A stretch of 64,000 nucleotides of DNA from Acidobacteriota bacterium. Its GTDB lineage: Bacteria > Acidobacteriota > Terriglobia > Bryobacterales > Bryobacteraceae. The notes beneath the pieces were generated by a model, which was not told where the DNA came from, searched no databases, and worked only from the letters and a program-made list of their open reading frames with translations. The position numbers and the translations under genes were made by a program. The DNA lies in the NCBI GenBank assembly GCA_043730365.1, contig JAYTKJ010000868.1:5610-69609 (forward strand). Direction: 5' to 3'. This document shows, piece after piece, positions 35,690-43,920 of the stretch. Each line of letters begins with the position of its first letter. Position 1 is the stretch's first letter.

Positions 35690-36997
35690 ATGCAACGCCG
35701 ACATTTTCTTTCCGGCCTGGCCCTGTCCGGCGCCGCCCGTGGCGCCATCGATTGTGGCTGCGCGATGATGCCGCAGACCCAATCCGGCCCCGTGGGCGCC
35801 GACGCGTTTGGGCCCGCAGGATCCAGGGCCCGCATCACGGCCGTTAAAGTTTTCGGCGTTTCGCTGACGCCGGATTCGGACCGCCCCTACGTGTTCGTCA
35901 AAATCGAAACCAATCAGCCGGGCCTCGTGGGATGGGGCGAGGCGACGCTCGAAGGCAAGGCCGCCGCCACCATGGCTTGCGTCGAAGACTTCCGCGAATT
36001 TCTCATTGGGCATGACCCGATGCTGGTAGAGCACCACTGGCAATCGATGTACGTGCATTCGTTCTACCGGGCTGGTCCCGTCATGGGTTCCGCGATTTCC
36101 GGTATCGATCAGGCGTTGTGGGACATCCGCGGCAAGATGCTGGGCCAGCCGATCTACAAGCTGCTCGGCGGCCCCAACGATCCGCGCGGCGTGCGCGGCT
36201 ACTATCATCTGCGCGCGGGCAACAAGGAACAGCGTCTTGAGTCCCGCGAGATTGCCAAGAAGGAGGGCATCACCTGCTTCAAGACCGGCATCCCCGGCTA
36301 CTACGAATGGATCGAGACGAACGACAAGATTTCAGCTGCGATCAAGAGCCTGCAGGAACTGCGTGAAGACATGGGACCCGAGCTGGACATCGGCGTCGAC
36401 TTTCACGCCAAGACCAGCCCGGCTGTGGCCTCGATCATCATCAAGGAGATCGAATCTCTCAATCTGCTGTTTGTCGAAGAGCCGTGCCCGCCGGAGAATG
36501 TGAAGGCGATGGCCAAGATTGCGCGCCGTACCACCACGCCCATTGCAACCGGGGAGCGGCTGGTTGCGTCCTACTCTTGCAGGGAACTACTCGAGTTGGG
36601 CGTGATCGACATTCTCCAGTGCGATATCAACCACACCGGTGGCATCACCGCGTTGTGGAAGGCGGCGGCCCTGGCCGATGCCTCGGGTGTCTCCATGGCG
36701 CCACATGCCTGCGAAGGGCCGATCGGCGGCCTGGCCACCATCCACGTAGACGCTGCGGCTCCCAATTTCCTGGTGCAGGAAATCTGCTCGGGTGTGAAGC
36801 CGGATACAAAGGAGTTGGTCTGGCAGGAATGGCTCGGTTTCCCTGCCATGCGCATGACAAACGGCCGCTTCCCGCTGCCCACTAAACCCGGACTCGGATT
36901 TGACCTGGACGAAGCCAAGTTCAAAAAATACCCTTTTGGCGGTACCAAACCGATGGCGCGCGTGTTCCACGAGGATGGATCCGTAGCTGAGTGGTAG
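35690..36997 (+). CDS. enolase-superfamily dehydratase (galactonate-dehydratase-like) with twin-arginine signal
   Basis: AGGAGG ribosome-binding site, MQRRHFLSGLALSGAARG Tat motif, then VFVKIETNQPGLVGWGEATLEGK, IYKLLGG, GVDFHAKTS, FVEEPC, PIATGERL, DILQCDINHTGGIT and APHACEGPIG. Confidence 0.85.
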   Translation: MQRRHFLSGLALSGAARGAIDCGCAMMPQTQSGPVGADAFGPAGSRARITAVKVFGVSLTPDSDRPYVFVKIETNQPGLVGWGEATLEGKAAATMACVEDFREFLIGHDPMLVEHHWQSMYVHSFYRAGPVMGSAISGIDQALWDIRGKMLGQPIYKLLGGPNDPRGVRGYYHLRAGNKEQRLESREIAKKEGITCFKTGIPGYYEWIETNDKISAAIKSLQELREDMGPELDIGVDFHAKTSPAVASIIIKEIESLNLLFVEEPCPPENVKAMAKIARRTTTPIATGERLVASYSCRELLELGVIDILQCDINHTGGITALWKAAALADASGVSMAPHACEGPIGGLATIHVDAAAPNFLVQEICSGVKPDTKELVWQEWLGFPAMRMTNGRFPLPTKPGLGFDLDEAKFKKYPFGGTKPMARVFHEDGSVAEW

Positions 36998-37504
36998 ATG
37001 ACCGGCACCCGCGAACAACTCCTGACCGGGCTTCGTGAAAGGATCGTCGCCTACGCGGCATCTCGTGTAGGGAGAGACTTTGCCGAGGATCTTGCGCAGG
37101 AGGTTTTGTTGGTCCTGGAAGCCAAATACGGATATCTTGAAACAGTGGAGGATCTGGTGCCCGTCTCGTTCCAGATTCTTCGCTTCAAGATGCAGGACCT
37201 TCGGCGCAAACAGTCGAGGCGCGGGGAGTTCACGGCCATTGATGCTTCGACGCTGCCGCTGGCCGATACCGGCGAGGGACAACTGGCGGCGCTTGAACGC
37301 GAGGAGTTGCTCTCGCGGTTGCGTGCTGCGCTCGAAACAATGGAAGGCCGTTGCCGTGAGATGTTCAAGTTGAAGCTCGAGGGGCTGAGCTTCCCCGACA
37401 TACAGCGCCGGATGCAAGCTGCCAATATCAACACGGTCTACACCTGGGATTTCCGGTGCCGCAAATTGCTGCTTGAGCAGCTGGCGGCGGGGAGGAAGTC
37501 ATGA
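36998..37504 (+). CDS. ECF-type RNA polymerase sigma-70 factor
   Basis: 168 aa with a region-2-like DLAQEVLLVL and a region-4 helix-turn-helix (CREMFKLKLEGLSFPDIQRRM...NTVYTWDFRCRKLL). The ATG directly abuts the TAG of the preceding gene. Confidence 0.8.
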   Translation: MTGTREQLLTGLRERIVAYAASRVGRDFAEDLAQEVLLVLEAKYGYLETVEDLVPVSFQILRFKMQDLRRKQSRRGEFTAIDASTLPLADTGEGQLAALEREELLSRLRAALETMEGRCREMFKLKLEGLSFPDIQRRMQAANINTVYTWDFRCRKLLLEQLAAGRKS

Positions 37505-38772
37505 GCGCGGAAGCATCCAACCATGACCGCGCCGAAAAGCTGATCGGCGGTTGGGTGGCCGGTACCCTCACCAAGGAAGAGCGGAAACTGCTCCTCGACG
37601 CCTCGCTCAGCAATCAGGCTCTGTTTGATGCGTTGGCCGACGAAGAGGGGATGCGTGAGTTGCTCGCTGATCCCACGGTCCGCCGCCAGCTCTCGGCCTT
37701 GCTGGCGAGTAGTTCGCAGCCGGTTGCCGCCGCGCCGGCATCTCTCGAAACTTGGTGGCGTTGGCTTTTCCGTCCAGCGCCGATGGCGGCCTTCAGCGCC
37801 GGGGTCCTGGCCGTGCTGGCCTTTGTTGTTGTGCGGCCAGGCTTCGTTGAAACGCCAGCGCAACAGATAGCGCCGGTGGGTGCGTCGAGCGAGGCGAAAG
37901 CGATGGACGCCGCGATTGCGCCCGCAGAGGAAAAGCCGAAGAATATGGTGGCCGTCCCAAGCCAGGGTGAGCTCCGTCGACACACTTCCGCCACGCCTGC
38001 TCCCTCCCAACCCGTCGTTCTTGCCGACAAGCTGGCTAAGGTGGCTGAGCCCGTAGATATCGCCGCCTCCTCATCGAATAAGATGCGCGAGAACGAAGCC
38101 AAGCCTGCTTTGCTGGCCCAAGCGCCGCCGCCTCCTCCGCCCGCTTCCTCTCCCGCGAAGAAAGCGGAAGAAGGCCGAGCCGAGGCCGTCTCTGTCACTG
38201 CGGCCGCGCCGCCATTGGTTGTCCAGGCGCCTCGCGAACAAGCCGTCACCAACAGTCCAGTCCTGGCCGAGCGGGCCGACGAAGCCAAGGCCAAGCGCGC
38301 CGCCGCCGCCCCGGTTGCGCCTCCCATCCGGTATCGCGTCGAGCGCCAGCAGCCGGGTGGGGAATGGGTGGAGTTCGGTGGCGAACTCAGCCCCGGCACT
38401 CGAGCCCGCATCGCCATCGACTCAACTCAAGCCGGACAGCTGACCATCCGTTCCGGAAGCCAGACCTTGAGTTTGGCGGTGACACCCCGTCAGACCGTGC
38501 ATTTCCCTGCCGAGGGGAATCTGCCTGCTGACCGCGGCGAACGTGAGGTGGCGATCTTGTTTCAGCCCGGCCCCGGCTTGCAAGCCGCCGCCGATAGCAG
38601 TCTGCGCCAAACCGCCCAAACACGCTACCGCACGATGCAACAGCAAGCGCAGCCGGGAGGTGGACCCATGGCGGGAATCGGCGGAACCCAACAAGCCTCG
38701 CAACAGAAAGACTCCACCCTTGTAGCCGCCCCAGGCGACTATAGCGTCACAGTGCGAATGCGTTATCGCTAG
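37501..38772 (+). CDS. putative anti-sigma factor: single-pass membrane protein with Ala/Pro-rich linker and C-terminal beta domain
   Basis: ATGA overlap with the sigma gene. N-terminal cytoplasmic segment, one transmembrane helix (MAAFSAGVLAVLAFVVV), a low-complexity PPPPPPASSPAKK region and a structured C-terminus. The function is inferred from position only. Confidence 0.55.
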   Translation: MSAEASNHDRAEKLIGGWVAGTLTKEERKLLLDASLSNQALFDALADEEGMRELLADPTVRRQLSALLASSSQPVAAAPASLETWWRWLFRPAPMAAFSAGVLAVLAFVVVRPGFVETPAQQIAPVGASSEAKAMDAAIAPAEEKPKNMVAVPSQGELRRHTSATPAPSQPVVLADKLAKVAEPVDIAASSSNKMRENEAKPALLAQAPPPPPPASSPAKKAEEGRAEAVSVTAAAPPLVVQAPREQAVTNSPVLAERADEAKAKRAAAAPVAPPIRYRVERQQPGGEWVEFGGELSPGTRARIAIDSTQAGQLTIRSGSQTLSLAVTPRQTVHFPAEGNLPADRGEREVAILFQPGPGLQAAADSSLRQTAQTRYRTMQQQAQPGGGPMAGIGGTQQASQQKDSTLVAAPGDYSVTVRMRYR

Positions 38773-39974
38773 CGCAACCCGGCGGTCTCGCGTGCTTGCG
38801 CAGGTTGCACCGGCACCGTGAAATCCAGCCAGCCGATCATCATCTCTTCCCAAGTCTGATCGCCCCACCGTACTTCCTTCGTCGGATCCGGGTTCGCCTT
38901 GTTGTTCGGTGAATTGTCGTACCGCGCCACGCAATCGATGCGCGTGCCCGTGGGCAGCTTGATCGGTTCGGCGAGTTGATAAGCGAGTTGCCAGCCGAAG
39001 TCATACTTCGGCACCTCGAGCGCAATCTCTTCTCGCCCATCCGGATAGACGATCGTATATCGGAACGCCTTGCCGCGCACATGCATGTGCGGCATGAAGC
39101 TATGCAGCACCACCTCGGCGGGAGCCTTCCAGCTTGCCGTCACCTTGTGGTCCGGCGCTCCCGCCGGAATCCTAAAGCCGGCATTGATCGCCCGGCCCGT
39201 GATGATCTGCTCTCGCACCGGCCCCTTCGCCAGCCGAAGCCCGAAGCGGCTGCGGTCCTTGCGCGCCGTACCCGAAGGCGTATAGTGCATCTGAATTCGA
39301 AAGATCGTACCCGCCTTGACGCGCTTGGCGGTGCCCGGTTCGAAGACGTTGGCCGGATCGCCCGGCGCCCAGCCCACCAGTAGATCGGCTCCACTGTCGG
39401 CGCCCTCGCGTTTCCCGTCGGGCCCCAGCATAAACACGATCACATGGTGAACCACGTCGCGTTGATCGGGCCGGATCTCGGCCGCTTCCACCCATATGTC
39501 TTCCTTGAGATTGCTGGGCACTTTGAAGTATTTGTAGGGCACTACGCCGGTAGCGGGCACATCGTACTCCTCGCCGAGATCGAAAACCAGATCCGGCTTA
39601 CCGATGTTCCAGCCCTCGGTGAATTCCCGCAGTGGCTGGCCGTGTTTCCTCTGGCCTTCCGGTGCGCCATTTTGCGCCCAGGTAGCGATGGTCTGTTTTT
39701 CGCCCTCACTCAATCGCCGGTCATTGCGGAAATGGCCGAACTTGGGGTCGGCGAGCCATGGCGGCATCTTTGCGGAAAGCACCGCCTGACGGATCGCTGC
39801 AGCCCAGGGGCGCACTTCCTGGTAGGTGCCGAGCGGCATAGGAGCAGCCTCTCCCTTGCGGTGGCACTCCACGCAACGCCTATCCAGGATGGGCGCCACG
39901 TCCTTGTGATAGGTGACCGTAGCGGCGGGAAGCAGCGCGGCACCCGCCATCGCCATGACCGAAATTCGCACCAT
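38769..39974 (-). CDS. exported heme-c motif protein fused to a PHM/DBH-like (copper type II ascorbate-dependent monooxygenase-like) domain
   Basis: Signal peptide, YHKDVAPILDRRCVECHR...MPPW (cytochrome-like), then His clusters VVHHVIVF, QMHYTPSG and MPHMHVRGKAF and a later Met pair (EEMMIG). This matches the HH/H/HxH/M copper-ligand pattern. Confidence 0.65.
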   Translation of the reverse strand: MVRISVMAMAGAALLPAATVTYHKDVAPILDRRCVECHRKGEAAPMPLGTYQEVRPWAAAIRQAVLSAKMPPWLADPKFGHFRNDRRLSEGEKQTIATWAQNGAPEGQRKHGQPLREFTEGWNIGKPDLVFDLGEEYDVPATGVVPYKYFKVPSNLKEDIWVEAAEIRPDQRDVVHHVIVFMLGPDGKREGADSGADLLVGWAPGDPANVFEPGTAKRVKAGTIFRIQMHYTPSGTARKDRSRFGLRLAKGPVREQIITGRAINAGFRIPAGAPDHKVTASWKAPAEVVLHSFMPHMHVRGKAFRYTIVYPDGREEIALEVPKYDFGWQLAYQLAEPIKLPTGTRIDCVARYDNSPNNKANPDPTKEVRWGDQTWEEMMIGWLDFTVPVQPAQARETAGLR

Positions 39975-40015
39975 CACACACCCCCTGTCGAAAACAATAC
40001 CATAGGAGTCTGACA

Positions 40016-40543
40016 ATGAGAATACTGGATGTGGGCTGCGGGATCAGGAAATACCCGGGGTCAATCGGCATTGATAACAACCCGGCTACCAAAGCCGACG
40101 TGTTAGTAGATCTGGACCATCTGCCCTATCCGTTTCGAGATTCCTCGTTTGACCAGATCCGCGTCATCCATGTCATTGAACACGTTGACAGTGTGATTAA
40201 GACTATGGAGGAGTTGGCGCGGCTGGCCAAACCTGGCGGCCGCATTACGCTGGCTACCCCGCACTACACTGATTTTTCTTCGTTTTGCGACCCAACCCAT
40301 AAGTGGCACTTGAATACCTATTCATTCCGCTACTTTGGCGACGACAACGCTGGTTTCGGCTATTATTCCCCCACAAAATTGCGTGAGATTTCCTGCCGTC
40401 TAAAGCTACTAGCACTGTGGAGGTATTCTGGCTTTGAATTGCTGGTCAACCATTGGCCGCGTTTCCGGAAGTTCTGGGAACACTATCTCTGTTTTGTGAT
40501 CCGGGGCAAGGTGATGGAGTTTGAGTTCGAAGTCCTGAAATAA
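40016..40543 (+). CDS. class I SAM-dependent methyltransferase (Methyltransf_11-like)
   Basis: MRILDVGCGIRKY (motif I), a VLVDLD acidic loop and HVIEHV...LARLAKPGGRITL. Counted over 480 nt, GC is about 52%, clearly below the flanks. Confidence 0.75.
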   Translation: MRILDVGCGIRKYPGSIGIDNNPATKADVLVDLDHLPYPFRDSSFDQIRVIHVIEHVDSVIKTMEELARLAKPGGRITLATPHYTDFSSFCDPTHKWHLNTYSFRYFGDDNAGFGYYSPTKLREISCRLKLLALWRYSGFELLVNHWPRFRKFWEHYLCFVIRGKVMEFEFEVLK

Positions 40544-40550
40544 CAACTTA

Positions 40551-40979
40551 ATGTGGCTCAACCCGTTGTTCCGTTTGGCAGATCGTCTTCGGAGGCGCAC
40601 TCGCCGTTCCCATCTCGATCCTGCCCATGCGCTCGGTCGTGATGGGGAGGACCTCGCCCACCGCCACCTGCAGCGAGCCGGCATGCTGGTGGTGGCTCGC
40701 AACTACCGCACGCCAGGGGGCGCGGCCGAAGTCGATCTGATTGCCCGCGATGGGGCGACGCTAGTGTTTGTTGAGGTGAAAACGCGCGAGACCGACGAGT
40801 TTGGCTCCCCGGACCGGGCCATAGATCCTATCAAGAAAGATAAGATCCGCAGGGCTGCCCTCAACTACTTGCGCCGCTCCTCGCATGATCCGTCCCAAGT
40901 CCGGTTCGACGTGGTCTCGATCGTCACCGGCGGGAGGGTTCCGCGTCTGGATCATTTTCGGGACGCTTGGACTCTCTGA
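40551..40979 (+). CDS. YraN-family (UPF0102) endonuclease-like protein
   Basis: GEDLAHRHLQRAGMLVVARNYRTPGGAAEVDLIARDGATLVFVEVKTR...RFDVVSI matches the PD-(D/E)xK-like YraN core. Confidence 0.8.
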   Translation: MWLNPLFRLADRLRRRTRRSHLDPAHALGRDGEDLAHRHLQRAGMLVVARNYRTPGGAAEVDLIARDGATLVFVEVKTRETDEFGSPDRAIDPIKKDKIRRAALNYLRRSSHDPSQVRFDVVSIVTGGRVPRLDHFRDAWTL

Positions 40980-41055
40980 TGCCTCGAATCTATTAAGGCG
41001 ACTCCTGGACCACACTGAGGTGTTGTCTAAATGCGGTCTTGCCGATTCGTTAGGA

Positions 41056-41511
41056 ATGACGATTCGGCTGCCGGTTTGTTCTTCCGTTTTCGGCCCCGTC
41101 TCCGCCACGGTGGTCTTGCTGGCTGCCGGTCCGCTCGCCATCTGGTCCCTGGTCATGTTTCTGATGCTTTTGTCGGGGGTCGTTGACTTGGGCCTCCCCG
41201 GTGTCACCAACTACCTGGCTTTACTGGTCGTTTCCCTGCTCGGGGCGCTGGCTTGCCGTCGCGCGATCAACGTGCTTCGCAGCCGCCAGGGTGGCGCAGA
41301 ACGCCGCTCGCGGGCAGCGCGGGCACTGATGCTGGTCGGGATCGTCGCCGTTTCTCAAGTTCCTGTCACAATGTGGGCCAATCAGTCCATGGAGGACACG
41401 CTCCACGGTCCGTTGCTGTTCATGTTGGTTGGGGGCCTGATCGCGGCACTAAGCGGCGCCGTGGTCAACCTCCTGCCCCGCACTTCGGTGGACGAAACGA
41501 AGCACTTTTGA
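41056..41511 (+). CDS. hypothetical integral membrane protein (about 4 TM)
   Basis: 151-aa ORF from the ATG at 41056 with four hydrophobic helices. No family recognised. Confidence 0.45.
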   Translation: MTIRLPVCSSVFGPVSATVVLLAAGPLAIWSLVMFLMLLSGVVDLGLPGVTNYLALLVVSLLGALACRRAINVLRSRQGGAERRSRAARALMLVGIVAVSQVPVTMWANQSMEDTLHGPLLFMLVGGLIAALSGAVVNLLPRTSVDETKHF

Positions 41512-41573
41512 ACCACTGGGGGCACCGGCACGAACTCGACAATGGTGGCGGTGCTAAAATCTGTTCTGATCCC

Positions 41574-42866
41574 ATGGACGCCAACAATCCCCGTCGTGAA
41601 TTCATCAAGAGCGCAGCCACGGCCGCCTTTACCACCGCCATTTTCACAGGCAACGTCAAGGGGGCCAATGACCGTGTAGCCGCGGCTTTCATTGGAGTCG
41701 GCCGCATGGGGCAGGGCAACATGGGCGCCGCCATGAAGCAGGACAACTTGCAGATCACCACGATTTGCGATGTCTATAAGCCGAACCTCGACAAAGCCGT
41801 CGGTATGACTGAAGGCAAGGCCAAAGGCGTGAAGGATTTTCGCGAAGTGCTGGCCGACAAATCGATCGACGTGGTGTGTATCGCCACTCCCGATCACTGG
41901 CACGCCTACATGAGCGTGGAGGCTTGCAAGGCTGGCAAAGACGTCTATGTCGAAAAGCCCATCTGCGTGACCGTGGATGAGGGCACCAAGATGGTGCAGG
42001 CTGCGCGTAAGTACAATCGCGTCGTGCAGGCCGGGACCATGCAGCGTTCGGGCGTTCATTTTCAAAAGGCCGCCGAAATCGTCAAGAGCGGGCAGATCGG
42101 TGAAGTCAACTTCGTAAGGACTTGGAACTACGGGCTGTCAAAGAAGGAAGGCATCGGGAACCCCGCTGACACTGCTCCGCCGGCTGACCTCGATTGGGAT
42201 CTCTGGCTTGGACCTGCGCCGAATCGGCCTTTCAACGCGAATCGGTTCGGCGTCGACCCCAAGGCCTTTTCTCATTTCCGCTGGTTCTGGGACTACGCCG
42301 GCGGCATGATGACCGATTGGGGCGTGCACCTGCTCGACATCGTGCAAATGGCGTTCAACGAGCAGATGCCCAAAGCCGTGACGGCCCTGGGCGGGAAGTT
42401 CTGGCTCACCGACAATCGGGAAACGCCGGATACGCTGGTGGTGAGCTACGAATATCCCAACTTCCTGGCCACCTACGAGAATCGCAACTCCAGTAGCGAA
42501 TCGATGTTTGGCAAAGGCTACGGCATCCTGTTCCACGGCTCCAAGGGCACCTTGTTCGTGGATCGCTCTTTGTACAAACTCGTGCCGGAGAAGGGAAGCG
42601 ATCTCACCGAAGTGGAGGTCAAGGCTTCCAACAACACGAACGTAGCGCATTGGGCAAATTTTCTCGATTGCGTCAAGACGCGTCAGAAGCCGAACAGCGA
42701 CATCGAAATTTGCCAGCGTTCTTCGACTACATGCCTGCTGGGTAACGTGGCCCTGCGTAGCGGCATCCGGATTGACTGGGACGAAAAGAAGTGGACCACC
42801 GTGCAGCCCGAAGCCCGGAAGTTCCTTTCCAAGGAAGACCGCAAGCCCTGGCGGATCAAAGTCTAA
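41574..42866 (+). CDS. Gfo/Idh/MocA-family oxidoreductase with Tat signal
   Basis: MDANNPRREFIKSAATAAFTTAIF twin-arginine signal, Rossmann segment AAFIGVGRMGQGN, and DVVCIATPDHWH / VYVEKP motifs. Confidence 0.85.
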   Translation: MDANNPRREFIKSAATAAFTTAIFTGNVKGANDRVAAAFIGVGRMGQGNMGAAMKQDNLQITTICDVYKPNLDKAVGMTEGKAKGVKDFREVLADKSIDVVCIATPDHWHAYMSVEACKAGKDVYVEKPICVTVDEGTKMVQAARKYNRVVQAGTMQRSGVHFQKAAEIVKSGQIGEVNFVRTWNYGLSKKEGIGNPADTAPPADLDWDLWLGPAPNRPFNANRFGVDPKAFSHFRWFWDYAGGMMTDWGVHLLDIVQMAFNEQMPKAVTALGGKFWLTDNRETPDTLVVSYEYPNFLATYENRNSSSESMFGKGYGILFHGSKGTLFVDRSLYKLVPEKGSDLTEVEVKASNNTNVAHWANFLDCVKTRQKPNSDIEICQRSSTTCLLGNVALRSGIRIDWDEKKWTTVQPEARKFLSKEDRKPWRIKV

Positions 42867-43885
42867 AGCGCGGCGAGCGCGGCTCGTGCCTGCTCTTCAT
42901 CTGCGGCCGTGAGCGCCTCGTCGGCCAGATCATGGAGTTGCTCAAGATCGGTCAATGCCTCGAGGCTTGCCGGAATCGGGACCGATGGGAATCGCTTGGC
43001 CAGGATGTGCCTTACTGACCGACGAGCCTCGGCAAGTTTGCCTTCATCTTGGCCCTTCGCCAGTCCCGTAGCGAGGCCCTTCGCCAGGCCAGATGCCAAG
43101 CCCGACTCCAGGCCGGATGCCAGGCCGGATGCCAAGCCCAACGCGCGACCCTCCGCCTCTCCGCGTTCCCGAGATTCTTTCTCCCAGACCTCGATCAGCG
43201 GCTTAAGAAAGCTGGACTGGCGCATCAATTCGGGAGTGAGAAATTCTTTGATCATCCTTTTCTCCAGCAGGTCAATTAACCTGTTCCGATCATAGCGTAG
43301 GCCACCGAGGGTTGCGAAGACGCCAGCCAGGTCCGCTGCCAACTCCTTGCTCTGAACCCGAACAATTTCGTCAGCCGCCCGCTCCAGATCGCGATCAGAC
43401 GCTCTGGCCAGCGCCACCAGCGGCAGCATCCCTGGCCTCTGCAAGGCGAAGAGAATTTCCGGATCGAGTTCCCACAGCCTGACGATCGTGTATCGAAACT
43501 CAATCCTCAGCTGTCCGGCCCGAGCCTCGGCGTGCTCGGGCACCCGCGCCGCCGCGGCGTGTTCAACCGGCAGAATCAGGAAGCTATCCAGGGGCGCGGT
43601 GGAATCACACAAAAAGCGATAGGTCGCATAGCGCAATAATCGCTCGGGCATCCCTGATCCAGGCTGGTTCTGAAACTCCAGATGGATGTAGCGCACCGCC
43701 CCGTTCGGCGAACGCACTTCATAAAGGTGATCCAGGTAAACCGTCGGCGGGCCTAGTTCCCGCTCCAACTCTCGCACTTCCACGTCGGCATCAATGGGAA
43801 TTCCGGCAAAGAGATGAAGCAGCGCGCGAGGCTCGGTCTCGGCAAGCAGCTTGAAGGCCCGATCATACGGATTCCGCATCTCCAC
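42863..43885 (-). CDS. Rpn-family recombination-promoting nuclease / putative transposase (PD-(D/E)xK) with DUF4351-like C-terminus
   Basis: N-terminal YDRAFKLLAE...DHLYEV...IHLEFQ core. C-terminal ILAKRFPSVPIPASLEALTDLEQLHDLADEAL resembles DUF4351. An internal GLAS-type tandem repeat is present. Confidence 0.7.
   Translation of the reverse strand: MEMRNPYDRAFKLLAETEPRALLHLFAGIPIDADVEVRELERELGPPTVYLDHLYEVRSPNGAVRYIHLEFQNQPGSGMPERLLRYATYRFLCDSTAPLDSFLILPVEHAAAARVPEHAEARAGQLRIEFRYTIVRLWELDPEILFALQRPGMLPLVALARASDRDLERAADEIVRVQSKELAADLAGVFATLGGLRYDRNRLIDLLEKRMIKEFLTPELMRQSSFLKPLIEVWEKESRERGEAEGRALGLASGLASGLESGLASGLAKGLATGLAKGQDEGKLAEARRSVRHILAKRFPSVPIPASLEALTDLEQLHDLADEALTAADEEQARAALAAL
43050..43145 (-). 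repeat. in-frame 12-nt tandem repeat (about 8 units) encoding (G-L-A/E-S/K/T)n
   Basis: The coding strand reads GGC TTG GCA TCC / GGC CTG GCA TCC / GGC CTG GAG TCG / GGC TTG GCA TCT / GGC CTG GCG AAG / GGC CTC GCT ACG / GGA CTG GCG AAG, giving LGLASGLASGLESGLASGLAKGLATGLAKG. Confidence 0.85.
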
Positions 43886-43920
43886 TTAGACAGTGTGGAA
43901 CCACCGGGAAAGATCTCACG

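Noticed and set aside
37614-38417. 267-aa minus-strand ORF
   Set aside because: It is antisense to the anti-sigma gene's Ala/Pro-rich linker. Low-complexity GC-rich sequence stays open on both strands, and the plus-strand gene is supported by its ATGA coupling to the sigma gene.
41253-41573. N-terminal extension of the Gfo/Idh/MocA ORF
   Set aside because: The extension overlaps the hydrophobic membrane-protein ORF in another frame and is Arg/Gly-rich. The ATG at 41574 is directly followed by a twin-arginine signal.
43050-43145. Short tandem repeat considered as a CRISPR-like or minisatellite element
   Set aside because: The 12-nt units are contiguous with no spacers, in frame, and inside a well-supported CDS. 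It is a coding repeat, not a CRISPR array.
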